Part shown: positions 19,771 to 30,712 of the stretch, in pieces
How the letters are laid out: each line of letters begins with the position of its first letter
Position numbering within the stretch: position 1 is the first letter of the stretch
NCBI GenBank assembly: GCA_964291265.2
Contig: OZ219746.1
Coordinates: 160,001-224,000, forward strand
Length of the DNA: 64,000 nucleotides
Direction of reading: 5' to 3'
Source of the DNA: Alphaproteobacteria bacterium
GTDB lineage: Bacteria; Pseudomonadota; Alphaproteobacteria; SP197
The notes under the pieces: model-generated
What the model was told of the DNA's origin: nothing
Databases searched by the model: none
The model's input: the letters and a program-made list of their open reading frames with translations, nothing else
Program-made: the position numbers and the translations under genes

Positions 19771-21183
19771 TCACAGCGGAGGACGTCGGTGCGCCCAGGG
19801 GCGGAGCTTCTCGATGGCCGCGCCGATCCTGAGGACTGTCAGATCCTCGAAACGCCGCCCGACGATCTGCAATGCCGTGGCCAGACCGTTCGCGGTCATG
19901 CCCGAGGGCACCGAGAGCGCCGGACACTGCGACACGTTGTTGAAGACGAGAGTCATGTCGTTCGAGAGCATCTTGCCGTCCGGCGTCTCGCCGAGCTGCT
20001 CGGCGTCCGAGCCGGACGCAGGAGGCGCCTCGGCCGGAGTCGTCGGACAGATCAGCGCGTCGTGATCGGCGAAGATCTCGCACAAACGTTCCCACTGTCG
20101 GGTCCTGACGAACTCCAGGCGCTTGAAGCTGATGGCATCCATCCTCCGGGCCGCCTCGAACATGGCGACGATGTTCGGGTCGAGATCGTCCCGCCTGGTG
20201 TCGAGATGCTGCTCGAAGAACGCGGCGAGATAGACGTTCCAGTAGTCGAGCCAGGCATCGGCGCACTCCCGCCGCCATCCCAGGTCCACGTCCTCCACGA
20301 CGGCGCCGGCACTCGTGAGAGCCTCCGCGCAGCGCTCCACGTTGGCCGCCACCTCGTCGTCGACGTGATAGAAACCAAGGTCAATATCCATGGCGATCCG
20401 CATGCCCTCGACATCGCCCGGCAGGGGATGGGGAATGTCCAGGGGCTCCGGGTTTGACATGATGTCGTATTCGTCGGGCCCCTGGCAGACGTCGAGAAAG
20501 AGGGCCGCATCGTCCAGGGTCCGGGCCAGGGGGCCGAAGTGGCTGATGTTGTCGAAGACCGACGCGAGGATGGTCATCGGGATCCGGCCCAGACTCGGCT
20601 TGAGGCCGACGATGCCGCAAAAGGCGGCCGGAATGCGCACCGATCCTCCCATGTCGGAACCCTCGGCCAGCGGTACGCAGCCTGACGCTACCGCTGCGCC
20701 CGAGCCGCCGGACGAACCACCGGGCGTGCGATCCGGATTCCAGGGATTGCGCGTCACGCCCCACAACGGGCTGTGGGTGAAGCCGTCATGGGCGAACTCG
20801 GGCGTGGTGGTCTTCCCCACCATGATGGCGCCGGCGCCAAGAAGATCGCTCACCACCCGGGCATCCTTCTGCGGCACGTGGTCACGATAGACCCTGCTTC
20901 CCATCGTCGTGGTCTTGCCGGCCGTGGGCGTGAAATCCTTGATGGCGATCGGCACGCCGTGAAGCGGACCGAGAGACGCGCCTTCCATGACGGCGCGTTC
21001 CGAGGCCCTGGCCTGCTCCAGGGCCTCCTCGGGGTAGACAAAGCAGAAGCAGTTGAGCCCGGGATTGATCTCCTCGATGCGCTCCAGGCTGTTGGCGACA
21101 ACCTCGACCGGCGACAACTCCCGCGCGGCGATGTGCCGGGCAAGCGTGACGGCAGGGGTGTAGCAAAGGTCGAGATTCACCAT
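19771..21183 (-). CDS. Amidase signature family protein
   Basis: PIAIKD, PGGSSGGSGAAVA, GSDMGGSVRIPA. Confidence 0.93.
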   Translation of the reverse strand: MVNLDLCYTPAVTLARHIAARELSPVEVVANSLERIEEINPGLNCFCFVYPEEALEQARASERAVMEGASLGPLHGVPIAIKDFTPTAGKTTTMGSRVYRDHVPQKDARVVSDLLGAGAIMVGKTTTPEFAHDGFTHSPLWGVTRNPWNPDRTPGGSSGGSGAAVASGCVPLAEGSDMGGSVRIPAAFCGIVGLKPSLGRIPMTILASVFDNISHFGPLARTLDDAALFLDVCQGPDEYDIMSNPEPLDIPHPLPGDVEGMRIAMDIDLGFYHVDDEVAANVERCAEALTSAGAVVEDVDLGWRRECADAWLDYWNVYLAAFFEQHLDTRRDDLDPNIVAMFEAARRMDAISFKRLEFVRTRQWERLCEIFADHDALICPTTPAEAPPASGSDAEQLGETPDGKMLSNDMTLVFNNVSQCPALSVPSGMTANGLATALQIVGRRFEDLTVLRIGAAIEKLRPWAHRRPPL

Positions 21184-21354
21184 GACCCGGGACTCCGATC
21201 CTGAATGATGCGGGTGCACGACCGGTCAAGGGTCGCGATACCGCGCAAGAATGGGGGTGGTCGACGATGAGTCTACACGGACGACAGCCCCGAATGCCAT
21301 GGCATCGCCGGGACAATCGGTCTAGACACCCCGCCGACAGACGGCAGCAGATCC

Positions 21355-22497
21355 ATGGAATCGAGTACGCTAGAGCACTATCTCAGCCTCGTCGCCTCCG
21401 GCGATCTCGCGTACGACGCGCACCAGAAAAGGGCAGCACGGGTTCTCGATCGACTTGCCCGGAATCTTGCCTCACCGGGACGGGGAGGCCTCATCGATCG
21501 GGTTCTCGGACGGCGCCGCCCCTCTGCCAGAGGTCTGTGGCTCCACGGGGGCGTCGGTACCGGCAAGTCCATGCTCATGGACCTCTTCTTCGAGAACGTC
21601 CGCAGCCGGAAGAAACAGCGTCACCACTTCCATGCCTTCATGCGCGAGGTGCACGGCGCCATCCAGGAGCGGCACAGGTCCTCCGGCGATGCCAGCGACA
21701 CCATCCGCTTTGCCGCCAGGGCCATGGTGGGTGAAACCGACCTCCTGTGCCTGGACGAGTTTCACGTCACCGACATCGCCGATGCCATGATCCTCGGTCG
21801 CCTGTTCCGGCAGTTTCTCGATCTGGGCACAGTCATGGTGGCAACATCGAACGAGCATCCCCGCGAGCTCTATCCGGGAGGCATCAATCGCCAGCTCTTC
21901 TCACCGTTCATCGACACTCTCGAGAAGGAACTCGACATCATCGAAGTCGATGCTGAACGGGACTACCGACTGGCATTTCTTGCCGGCACCGGCACCTACA
22001 TGTCCTCACACGATGACAAGGCGTCGTCTCGTCTCGATGAGGCCTTTCACCATCTCGCAGGCGATGCCGACGTGGCTCCCCTCGACATCCCTCTTCAGGG
22101 AAGGGTGCTTCACGTCCCCCGTCAGGCCCGCCATGTCGCGCGCTTTTCCTTCAATGAACTCTGCGGCCGTCCGTTGGCGGCGCCCGACTACCTGGCGCTC
22201 GCCAGCGCCTTCCACACCGTCATCATCGACGGCATTCCAGTCATGAACCCCGCCATGCGCAACGAGGCCCGGCGGTTCATCATCCTGATCGACATCCTCT
22301 ACGAGCAAGGGGTGGGATTGCTGTGTTCCGCTGCCGCACCGCCCGAGGGACTCTATGCGGAAGGTGACGGTTCCCTGGAGTTCCGCAGGACCGCCTCACG
22401 GCTGATGGAGATGCAGTCGGCCGAATACCTCGAGAGCCGTCGCAGGGTCAGTCAATCGGAACGTCAAGGAACGCCACGAAGGACACCAGTCCGATGA
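21355..22497 (+). CDS. zapE: Cell division ATPase ZapE (AFG1 family)
   Basis: GGVGTGKSMLMD, HFHAFM, DEFHVTDIADAMIL, RTASRLMEM. Confidence 0.93.
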   Translation: MESSTLEHYLSLVASGDLAYDAHQKRAARVLDRLARNLASPGRGGLIDRVLGRRRPSARGLWLHGGVGTGKSMLMDLFFENVRSRKKQRHHFHAFMREVHGAIQERHRSSGDASDTIRFAARAMVGETDLLCLDEFHVTDIADAMILGRLFRQFLDLGTVMVATSNEHPRELYPGGINRQLFSPFIDTLEKELDIIEVDAERDYRLAFLAGTGTYMSSHDDKASSRLDEAFHHLAGDADVAPLDIPLQGRVLHVPRQARHVARFSFNELCGRPLAAPDYLALASAFHTVIIDGIPVMNPAMRNEARRFIILIDILYEQGVGLLCSAAAPPEGLYAEGDGSLEFRRTASRLMEMQSAEYLESRRRVSQSERQGTPRRTPVR

Positions 22498-23464
22498 GCG
22501 TGACGATGATGGCGCCACCGACGTTGAACCCATGACGCACCAGCAGCGCTCCCCGCGATCCGGCGCCGTCACTTTCCACCAGACGCAGTGCCGTCTGGCG
22601 GGCGATGATGGCACCCACGCCCAGTGAGCAGATGGTGAGACCGATACCCAGCGACATGGCTGCGACGAGGAGAAAGCCCGGATAGATCATGTCGTTGGCG
22701 ACCGCATAGAGCATGATGAGCACGGCGCCGGGACAGGGCACGATCCCGGCCGCCACCGCCATCATTCCGCTTTCGACCCTTGATGTTTCCGTGGCATGGC
22801 CGTGGCCGTGATTTTCGTGGTGGCTGTGTCCGTGCTCTTCGCGGCGTGCGTCTTCGCGATCCATGGCATGCCCCTCCTCGGCGTGACTGTGACCGTGGCC
22901 GACCTCGGAAGGATCGATGTAGCCCAGGGCGGCCCTGAAAGCCTGGTAGAGCATGGTGAGACCGATGCCGGCGATGATGAGAAAACTCGCGGCCCTCACG
23001 CCGGGAACCTCCGCCAGTCCGATCCCGAATCCGGATTGCAGGGTGATGTCCGCAAGCCAGACGATGACGATCGCGGCGATGACATGAACGATCGCCACCT
23101 GAATCGCCATCACGATACCGCGGCCAACTCGGGCATCGCGGCCCAGGAAGTAGGAGACGATGATGAACTTGCCGTGTCCCGGACCGACGGCGTGCAACAC
23201 CCCGTAGACGAAGGCAATAGCGAGTCCGAGAAGGAAGGCGCCCGGACTCTGGCCGCTGTCGATGGCGTTCATATGCCGGGCCACCTCGATGTTGGCCCGG
23301 CGCTGGAAGGCGACGACGGCATCCGTCCACCGCGTCCACAGACCACTGTTCTCAGTCGTCATCTCGACGGCCGGGAGCGTCGTCTCGTCGGCGTCAACCG
23401 TTCCGGTGGCGGCACAGACAACGATAGCGAGAATGCCCAAGGCACATGCCAGGCGGCTTGTCAT
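22448..23464 (-). CDS. Nickel/cobalt transporter (RcnA/NicO family)
   Basis: YGVLHAVGPGHGK, His-rich loop, GIVPCPGA. Confidence 0.88.
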   Translation of the reverse strand: MTSRLACALGILAIVVCAATGTVDADETTLPAVEMTTENSGLWTRWTDAVVAFQRRANIEVARHMNAIDSGQSPGAFLLGLAIAFVYGVLHAVGPGHGKFIIVSYFLGRDARVGRGIVMAIQVAIVHVIAAIVIVWLADITLQSGFGIGLAEVPGVRAASFLIIAGIGLTMLYQAFRAALGYIDPSEVGHGHSHAEEGHAMDREDARREEHGHSHHENHGHGHATETSRVESGMMAVAAGIVPCPGAVLIMLYAVANDMIYPGFLLVAAMSLGIGLTICSLGVGAIIARQTALRLVESDGAGSRGALLVRHGFNVGGAIIVTLIGLVSFVAFLDVPID

Positions 23465-24030
23465 GGTGGATCTCCGCAACGCAGGGTGATGGTCGAGACG
23501 TGGCCTTCGAATGCGCCTGCTCCGGGGCCAGCCACAAAGCGGCATGCCGGATCGAGAGAGCCCTCGACCGTGAGAAAGTCGTTCCCGGCAAAGGAGAAAT
23601 CGAAGAACAGGATGTCGTCGTGGAGACTCGCGGCGAAGGGCGCCTGGAGATCGTCGAGGGAGATGGTGAGCCTCAGGCCGAAATGTTCCCGTTCAAACAC
23701 CGGTTCGACATGTCGTACATGCCAGGAGACCGGCTCACCGCCCCCCTGAATGGTAAGGTACCAGTCCTGCCCTGCAAGGGGGGCAAGGAGCGCGTTCTCT
23801 TTCGCCCGGGCTTCCTCGTTCGTGACGGTTCCGTCACCGTCGGCATCGAAGGCGTTGAAGAGGTAGCTGGAAGCGAAGGGATCGAACGTCCACTCGAGGG
23901 TCAATCCGCTGGCGGATTGCTCCGCCATCCGGAAGTGCCATGTCGTCGTGACCCAGACGTCCGGATTGGCCAGAACCGGCGAGCTGACGACAAGAACCGG
24001 GAAGATCGACATGAGGAACTTGCGAGGCAC
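23461..24030 (-). CDS. DUF1007-family periplasmic protein
   Basis: Signal peptide then NPDVWV, WTFDPFAS, EF-hand-like DADGDG; typical partner of RcnA/NicO. Confidence 0.7.
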   Translation of the reverse strand: MPRKFLMSIFPVLVVSSPVLANPDVWVTTTWHFRMAEQSASGLTLEWTFDPFASSYLFNAFDADGDGTVTNEEARAKENALLAPLAGQDWYLTIQGGGEPVSWHVRHVEPVFEREHFGLRLTISLDDLQAPFAASLHDDILFFDFSFAGNDFLTVEGSLDPACRFVAGPGAGAFEGHVSTITLRCGDPP

Positions 24031-24097
24031 GGCATCGCATCCTTGATTCCCTCAGGCATCCTGAGTATGACATGTCAGTCGACATTTCAAGGATGTC

Positions 24098-24901
24098 ATG
24101 CTGCGCGACATCGCCGAGATCCTGCGTGCGCCGGCGCCCCTGCACCTCGGACCGATGGGCTACCTCAGGGAACTGGCCGGCATGGCGAGGCGCGCCGAGG
24201 AGTGCCGGAAGGAATGGCACTCCCACCTGACGCGAACTCGGCAGGTGATCGAGCATGCCGCTCTGGGCTGCGGGGGGCACGATTCGGTCCTCGTCGCCGG
24301 TTCCGGACTTCTGCTGGATGTGCCCGTGGAGATGCTCTCCCGCACGTTCCGGCGTGTGGTTCTGGCAGATATCCATCATCGGCGGGGGACCCGCCAGGCC
24401 GTGCGCCACCTTGCCAATGTCGAACTGATGACCCTCGACGTCACCGGTGTGGTCAGAGCCTGTTACAGGTTTGCCCGAACCGGGTGCCGCGGGCCCTTGC
24501 CGGAAGGTCGCCCCCCGGCGATTGGCGATGCGCCTTTCGACCTGGCTGTTTCCGCCAATCTCGTCTCCCAGCTTGCGGTCATGCCGCGCCGGTACGTTCT
24601 CGGACACAGTCCGGCCTTTCCCCCCGATCGCTTGCGCCGGTTCGCCCGGGAGCTGATCGCGGACCACGTGGACTGGCTTGCCCGGCATGGTGATCGGGTG
24701 TGCCTCGTCACCGATGTCGAACGCCACGAACACCACGCTGACGGACGCAGGTTGGTGGTGGATCTCCTGGATGATGCCCGTCTGGGCGAGCCGGAGGAGA
24801 CCTGGACATGGTTCATCGCTCCGCAGGGCAAGGTCTTCAGGGATCGTGCGGTCCGCCATCACGTGGCGGCATGGCGTGATTACCCATCAGCGTCTCGATG
24901 A
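24098..24901 (+). CDS. Hypothetical protein (Rossmann/MTase-like)
   Basis: VLVAGSGLLLDVP, VSANLVSQL; coding-like GC3 pattern. Confidence 0.65.
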   Translation: MLRDIAEILRAPAPLHLGPMGYLRELAGMARRAEECRKEWHSHLTRTRQVIEHAALGCGGHDSVLVAGSGLLLDVPVEMLSRTFRRVVLADIHHRRGTRQAVRHLANVELMTLDVTGVVRACYRFARTGCRGPLPEGRPPAIGDAPFDLAVSANLVSQLAVMPRRYVLGHSPAFPPDRLRRFARELIADHVDWLARHGDRVCLVTDVERHEHHADGRRLVVDLLDDARLGEPEETWTWFIAPQGKVFRDRAVRHHVAAWRDYPSASR

Positions 24902-25550
24902 TCTTCATCTGACTCCCGCGTATGGCTCGCTCGGCCTCCGCCCCCGCTCGTTCGCCGTCGCCATCGAGAAGGGCCGAGAGCAGGTCGTCGTGGCGATGGT
25001 GAAACTCGACGTCCCTGTCCTCGAGGGTGAGGCAGAAGTGGACGATACGCTCGTGATGCTCGATGAGGGACATGACGAACTCCGCCAGACGGCCATTCCT
25101 GGATGACTGGACGACGTGTTCGTGGAAGGCGTAGTTGGCTTCGCGATAGGCGGTCCTTGTCCCACCTCCCCTGGCGGGCAGGCAGGCGCGCACCTCGGCA
25201 TCAAGCCGGGTCAGCAGGGATGCATCGACATGTCCGGCCGCAAGGCGCATGGCCTCGACCTCGAGCAGCAGCCGCAGCTGGAAGACCTCGTGGACGTCCT
25301 GGATGGAGATCGGCGCCACGATGTTGCCGAGCCGCTTGCGCGTGATGACCAGTTTTTCCTGGCGCAGCCGTGCCAGGGCGCTGCGCAGAGGCGCCTTGGA
25401 GAATCCATATCTCTCCACCAGCATGGTCTCCGATATCTCGGCGCCCGGAGCGAGGCGGACGAGCAGGATCTCGTTCTTGAGGATCCGGTAGACCCGGCTG
25501 GAGAGATCCTCACGTCGATCAGTCGAATCCTGCATGTCATCCATCCGCAT
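24837..25550 (-). CDS. GntR/FCD transcriptional regulator
   Basis: N-terminal wHTH (LAPGAEISE...SKAPLRSAL), FCD domain (FHEHVV...H). Confidence 0.88.
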   Translation of the reverse strand: MRMDDMQDSTDRREDLSSRVYRILKNEILLVRLAPGAEISETMLVERYGFSKAPLRSALARLRQEKLVITRKRLGNIVAPISIQDVHEVFQLRLLLEVEAMRLAAGHVDASLLTRLDAEVRACLPARGGGTRTAYREANYAFHEHVVQSSRNGRLAEFVMSLIEHHERIVHFCLTLEDRDVEFHHRHDDLLSALLDGDGERAGAEAERAIRGSQMKIIETLMGNHAMPPRDGGPHDP

Positions 25551-25604
25551 TCGCGCGTCGAACGTCAGGGTGCGTACAACGATGTGCCGCGACAGGCCTT
25601 GCGG

Positions 25605-26582
25605 TCACGCGGCGCTTCTCCGCCAGTGGTGACAGGAAACCTGATGATTCTCGGCGATTCTCTCGAGGGTGGGAACGTGCTGTCTGCACGTCTCGTCAGC
25701 CAGGGGGCAGCGCGGATGGAAATGGCATCCGGGCGGCCGGTGAACGGGGCTTGGAGGTTCCCCGTGGACAAGGCGTCCGGCGGCATCGAGACCGACTTCA
25801 TCGAGCAGCGAGGCCGCGTTGAGCGCTTTCGTGTAGGGGTGGCGCGGAGCGCTGAAGATCTGCTCGACGGGAGCTGTCTCGACAATGCGCCCCAGGTACA
25901 TGACCGCCACACGATCGCAGATGTGACGCAAGGCCCGAAGGTCATGGGAAATCATCAGCAGGGAAAGGTCGAATCGCCGGCGCATATCGTTGAGGAGATT
26001 GAGAATCTGGGCGCGAATCGACGCATCCAGCGATGATGTGGGTTCATCGCAGACGACAAACTGCGGTCGCAGGAGGAGAGTCCTGGCGATGACAATCCGC
26101 TGCAACTGCCCCCCGGAACACTGCCCGGGGTAGCGTTCGGCGAATCCCGGATCGATTCCGACTTCGCCCAGCATCGCATGGATCATCGCCAGGCGTTCTT
26201 TCCGGGTTCCGAGATCGTGCGCCGCAAGCGGGGCCATGAGGGAGTCGATCATCCTCATCCCGGGGTCGAGCGCCGCCGTTGGATTCTGGAAGATGAGCTG
26301 GATGGTCCGGCGGAATCGCCTGAGTTCTCCCGCCCTCATCGCCAGGAGGTCGCGGCCGTCCATCATGACCTCGCCGCGATCCGGCCGGATCTGGTTGACG
26401 AGCAGGCGGGCGAGCGTGGATTTGCCGCATCCCGATTCGCCGACCAGGCCCAGCACCTCCGCGCGTCCGACCGCGAGACTCACGCCGTCGACGGACCGCA
26501 CGACCAGCCTGCCTGACCCGCGAAGGGGAAAGTGCTTCACGAGGTTGCGGGCCTCGACGAGGAGACTTGCGGCGCTGCTCAC
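25605..26582 (-). CDS. Peptide/nickel ABC transporter ATP-binding protein (DppF/OppF)
   Basis: GESGCGKS, SGGQLQR, CDEPT, HPYT, GCHFHPRC. Confidence 0.92.
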   Translation of the reverse strand: MSSAASLLVEARNLVKHFPLRGSGRLVVRSVDGVSLAVGRAEVLGLVGESGCGKSTLARLLVNQIRPDRGEVMMDGRDLLAMRAGELRRFRRTIQLIFQNPTAALDPGMRMIDSLMAPLAAHDLGTRKERLAMIHAMLGEVGIDPGFAERYPGQCSGGQLQRIVIARTLLLRPQFVVCDEPTSSLDASIRAQILNLLNDMRRRFDLSLLMISHDLRALRHICDRVAVMYLGRIVETAPVEQIFSAPRHPYTKALNAASLLDEVGLDAAGRLVHGEPPSPVHRPPGCHFHPRCPLADETCRQHVPTLERIAENHQVSCHHWRRSAA

Positions 26583-27565
26583 GGTTCCGCCGCCCAGCAG
26601 TGCACCAGGTGGCCTGCGGTTGTCCGTGTCGCCGCCGGCTCGTCAAGGGCACAGGCACTCCCCTTGCGGCGTGCGAGGGCATGAGGGCATCGCGGGTGAA
26701 AGCGGCATCCGGAGATCGACCGGGCGGGAGGCGGAATGGTGCCGGGGATGGACTCGAGATCACCGCTGCCCGCCTTGCGCATCAGCGAACAGTTGATCAG
26801 GGCCTTCGTGTAGGGGTGTTGCGGCGTACGCATGATCGATGCGACAGGGCCTTGCTCGACGATGCCGCCGGCGTACATCACGACAACCCGGTCAGCCATG
26901 GCGGAGACGATGGAGAGGTCGTGGGTGATGAGAAGAATGGCGAGGGCTCTTTGTTTGCTCTCCTTTTTCAGAAGTCCGAGGATCTGCGCCTGGACCGTGA
27001 CGTCGAGCGCTGTCGTGGGTTCATCGGCAATCAGGAGGTCCGGATCGCTGGAAAGGGCTGCGGCAATCATGACACGCTGCGCCATGCCGCCCGACAGTTG
27101 ATGGGCAAAGGAACGGGCGCGCCGGCCGGCTTCCGGGATACCCACCTCCCGCAGGAGTTCGACGGCGCGTTCGAAGGCTGCGCCGCGCGACGCCCGCTTG
27201 TGCAGGCGCAGAGCCTCACTGACTTGATGGCCCACCCTGCAACTCGGATCCAGCATGCTCGCGGGTTGCTGGAAGATCATGCCAACGCGGTTGCCCCTGA
27301 TACGATTGAGGACGTCAGAGGTTGCGTTGGTCACAACCTGGCCGCAGATCGAGACCGTGCCTCGCGTCACCCTGAGCGGCGGTGGCAGGAGATCGATGAG
27401 AGACAGCGCCGTCACGGTCTTTCCGGACCCTGATTCTCCGACGAGGGCGACCGTCTCGCCCCGGCGGATCTCGAGGTTGATCCCTCTTGCAACGGCAACG
27501 GCGTCACCGATCGATATGTCGAGAGTCTCGACCTCGAGGCAGGGCGCTTCACTCGGGGACGTCAC
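26579..27565 (-). CDS. Peptide/nickel ABC transporter ATP-binding protein (DppD/OppD)
   Basis: [25 protein letters not shown]; GTG start overlapping the permease stop. Confidence 0.92.
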   Translation of the reverse strand: MTSPSEAPCLEVETLDISIGDAVAVARGINLEIRRGETVALVGESGSGKTVTALSLIDLLPPPLRVTRGTVSICGQVVTNATSDVLNRIRGNRVGMIFQQPASMLDPSCRVGHQVSEALRLHKRASRGAAFERAVELLREVGIPEAGRRARSFAHQLSGGMAQRVMIAAALSSDPDLLIADEPTTALDVTVQAQILGLLKKESKQRALAILLITHDLSIVSAMADRVVVMYAGGIVEQGPVASIMRTPQHPYTKALINCSLMRKAGSGDLESIPGTIPPPARSISGCRFHPRCPHALARRKGSACALDEPAATRTTAGHLVHCWAAEP

Positions 27566-28419
27566 GAGGCGTCCGTGCGAAGGCGGCGGGACCTGTCGGC
27601 GTCGATCTCCAGCCCCTGCCCCATCAGGGTGACGCTGAGGGCCGTCACCGTGATGGCGATGCCCGGTGCAAGCACGAGCAGCGGCTGACGGGCGGCAAAC
27701 TGTCTGGCGTCGGCCAGCATGGCGCCCCAGTCGGAGTCGGGAGGCTGAACGCCCAGGCCCAGATACGAGAGCGCGCCGACGGTGATCAGCTTGTGTCCGA
27801 AGCGAAGGAAGGTCATGGCGGATATCGGACGCAGCGCATTGGGAATGACATGGCGCAGAAGAATGAAGCTCCGCGTACAACCGAGCACCTCGGCTGCCAC
27901 GATGTAGTCCCGCGACGACATGTCGAGCGCAACGCCGCGGGCGAGACGGGCGAAGGGTGTCCAGCCGACGAGCGTGAGGGCGAGAACAAGGGTGCCGAAC
28001 CCGGGGCCGATGATGGCGATCAGAAAGAGCGCGACGATGACTTCGGGAAAGGAAATGAGGACATCGACGACACGCATCACGAACTCGTCGATGGCGCCTC
28101 CGACCCGTCCGCACCAGGCGCCGATGAGTGTGCCGATCGTGACCGACAGGACGAGGGTGATGCCGGCCACCAGGACGGAGAAACGACCCCCGTGGAGCAG
28201 GCGCGCCCACAGATCGCGGCCGAGCTGGTCGTTGCCCAGCCAGTGGTCGTCGCCGGGTCCCTGAAGGCGCATGGAGAGGTTCTGGGCAACCGGGTCGTGG
28301 AGCGAAATGACCGGCGCGACGATGAGCAACAGGGCGACGGCTGCGCCGCAGGAAAGACCGGCGATGAATGTCCAGTGCTGGCGCCCGATCCAGCGCCCGA
28401 TTCGCGTGACCATCGTCAT
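27562..28419 (-). CDS. Peptide ABC permease (DppC/OppC)
   Basis: HWLGNDQLGRD, EAA-loop YIVAAEVLG, LGLGVQPP..WG. Confidence 0.92.
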   Translation of the reverse strand: MTMVTRIGRWIGRQHWTFIAGLSCGAAVALLLIVAPVISLHDPVAQNLSMRLQGPGDDHWLGNDQLGRDLWARLLHGGRFSVLVAGITLVLSVTIGTLIGAWCGRVGGAIDEFVMRVVDVLISFPEVIVALFLIAIIGPGFGTLVLALTLVGWTPFARLARGVALDMSSRDYIVAAEVLGCTRSFILLRHVIPNALRPISAMTFLRFGHKLITVGALSYLGLGVQPPDSDWGAMLADARQFAARQPLLVLAPGIAITVTALSVTLMGQGLEIDADRSRRLRTDAS

Positions 28420-29363
28420 CGCGTGTCCTCTGAAACGGTGACGGTCGGATTGAGGACGCCGTAGAGAACATCGGCTGCCGAGCTGATGATGATGGCAAGG
28501 CCGACGATGCAGATGATGCTCCCCTGGAGCATCGGCATGTCGTTGTTGATCACCGCCGAATAGATGAGGCGGCCCATGCCGGGAACGGCAAAGATGACCT
28601 CGACGACGACCGAACCGCCGAGCAGTCCGGCCAGCCACAGGGCGAAGACCGTCAGGACGGGCTGAATGCCGTTTCTCAGCCCATGCCGGACCAGGGCGCC
28701 TGCAAGACCGAGGCCCCGGCTCCTGGCGGCCAGGATGTAGTTCGCATGGAGGACGTCGATCATCGATGCCCGCATGATCTGCGAGAAGTAGGCGAGCGGG
28801 CGCAGGCAGAGCACGACGGCCGGGAGGATCAACGTTTCGAGTCCGGACCAGCCGGCGGAAGGCAGCCAGCCGAGTTCGACGGCAAACAGCAGGACCAGCA
28901 CCGGCGCCAGCCAGTACTCCGGGATCGAGACAAACCCCTGGGCGATGAAGGTGACAATGCCGTCGAAGCGGCGTCCCTGATGCACGGCTGCCAGCGTGCC
29001 CACGGGGAGGGCTATGGCCAGCGCCAGGAAGAGGGCGCTCAATGCGAGGGCGGCCGACACGCCCATGGCCCGCAGGATCTGGTCGGTCACGGGAAGCCTG
29101 CTGGCAAAGGACAGGCCGAGATCCCCCTGCAAGGCGCGGCCGAGCCACGTGAAGAACTGATGCAGCAGCGGCTGGTCGAGGCCGAGCTCGACGCGCAGCG
29201 CCTCGACCGCGGCACTGTCGAGCGCCAGGTCCGCCACGCGCGAGCGGATGATGGCGCGCGCAGGGTCGGTGTCACCGAGCCATGGGACCAGAAAGGCGAG
29301 GAAGGAAACAAGTGTCAGAGTGATAACGAGGACAATCGCTCGCTTGAGCAAAAACCGTTCCAT
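28416..29363 (-). CDS. Peptide ABC permease (DppB/OppB)
   Basis: GDLGLSF, YILAARSRGL, VEVIFAVPGMG. Confidence 0.92.
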   Translation of the reverse strand: MERFLLKRAIVLVITLTLVSFLAFLVPWLGDTDPARAIIRSRVADLALDSAAVEALRVELGLDQPLLHQFFTWLGRALQGDLGLSFASRLPVTDQILRAMGVSAALALSALFLALAIALPVGTLAAVHQGRRFDGIVTFIAQGFVSIPEYWLAPVLVLLFAVELGWLPSAGWSGLETLILPAVVLCLRPLAYFSQIMRASMIDVLHANYILAARSRGLGLAGALVRHGLRNGIQPVLTVFALWLAGLLGGSVVVEVIFAVPGMGRLIYSAVINNDMPMLQGSIICIVGLAIIISSAADVLYGVLNPTVTVSEDTR

Positions 29364-29435
29364 GGTCCCGGCCGACAGGTTTACCCCTCATGCTATCACG
29401 GCCCCGTGCCCTGTCATCCACCGCCCGACCCAGGA

Positions 29436-30540
29436 CAAGGCCTTCCTACGCTGGAATTCGCTTGATTTCTCTTGACGTCAGGCGTTCGTATGTTGCACGC
29501 GCGCGCGGACATTTCCCGCTGGCCATCCCGCTTGGGATGTGCGACGGCCCGGTCATGTTGACGATTCGCAAGCGCATGAAAGCTGTTCCGATCCATCAGG
29601 AAGCACCTGAGGGTTTTTCCCTGTCTGAGGTTGAGGTTCGCCTGGTGAGGCCGGAGGAGCGTCCGCTGTGGGACGCGTTGATGAACGAGTACCACTATCT
29701 CGGCTTCCTTCGCCTGGCGGGTCTGAGGTCTGCGCTACGTTGCGACCTTCAGGGGCCATTGGCTGGGTCTGGCGGCGTGGCAGAACGGCGCCTTCAAGTG
29801 CGCTCCCCGCGACCGGTGGACCGGCTGGAAGCCTTAAGCAGCAGTTCCAGCGGCTCTCGATGGTGGCCAACAACACGCGGTTCCTGATCCTCTCCAAGCC
29901 CGGGGTGTTTGCGAACCTTGCTTCCTGTTTCCTTGCGTGCATGACGCGCCGGCTCTGTGACGACTGGCTGAAGGTGCACGGCCACGGGGTGCTGCTGGCG
30001 GAGACGTTGAAGCGATCCGGAGATCTTTGCCGGCACGATGTTGAAGGCTGCGGGCTGGACGTGTCTGGGTGAGACCAAGGGGTTTGCCCGCTCCAACGGG
30101 CGTTACACCGATCCTCACGGCAAGCCCAAGGATATCTACGTTACGGCACTGAGGCGCGATGCCCGGGCGCTGCTGTCGAGCCCGCTGCCGCTTCCCCCCG
30201 ACGTGGCGCCGCCCTCATGCCCCGAACTGGCGCCCCGGGACCCCAAGGTGCTGCGCTCGCTCTACGCCGAGCTCGCGGCCATTCCCGACTTCCGCCGGGC
30301 GCAGGGAAGGAAGCATACCGTGGCATCGGTGCTCACCGTGCACGTGCTCGCCGAGATCGCCAACATGAAGGGCTGTGTCGCCGCCGCGCAGTTCGCGCGG
30401 TCCCTGTCCCAGGAGGAGTTGGAGGCCATCGGCGCGTGGCTTAACCCGAAGACGGGGCTTCGCGAGCCCGTCTCCAAGTCCACCATCCACCGGGTTATCC
30501 AGTCGATCGACCCCGAGGCTCTGGAGGATGTGCTCGCAAG
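29436..30540 (+). mobile_element. Truncated, frameshifted DUF4338-ISAs1 family transposase element (left end plus N-terminal and middle part)
   Basis: Left IR CAAGGCCTTCCTACGCT; HHYLG..WLGLAAW..NNTRFLIL split over frames; H-repeat-associated IPDFRRAQGRKH; near-identical to 33361-33853. Confidence 0.85.
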
Positions 30541-30712
30541 GACCATGCATGGCGAGCGGCCCATGCGGTTCGAGCGACTGTGTTTCCGTGCCCTGTCGGA
30601 GGGAGCGATTTCTGAGGCCAAGGCTGCTGAACCGCTCGGCCACTCGGTTCACGAGCTCAACCGCCGGATGCATGAACCTCCGAGCCTAGAGCCGGAACTT
30701 GCAGGGGCGTGA
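30541..30712 (+). pseudogene. C-terminal fragment of an XRE-ImmA/IrrE family regulator
   Basis: ERPMRFERLCFRALSEGAISEAKAAE.LG tail fused in frame to the transposase relic; adjacent PIN-like gene. Confidence 0.6.

Noticed and set aside
17349-24901. Convergent 3' overlaps of 50-87 bp (nitrilase/MTase, zapE/NicO, hypothetical/GntR)
   Set aside because: Common in high-GC compact genomes through stop-codon drift; no specific signal of regulation
26579-29148. Apparent long fusions (639-aa and 528-aa ORFs) in the ABC operon
   Set aside because: The N-terminal extensions are off-frame readings of the upstream permeases; the true starts overlap the upstream stops
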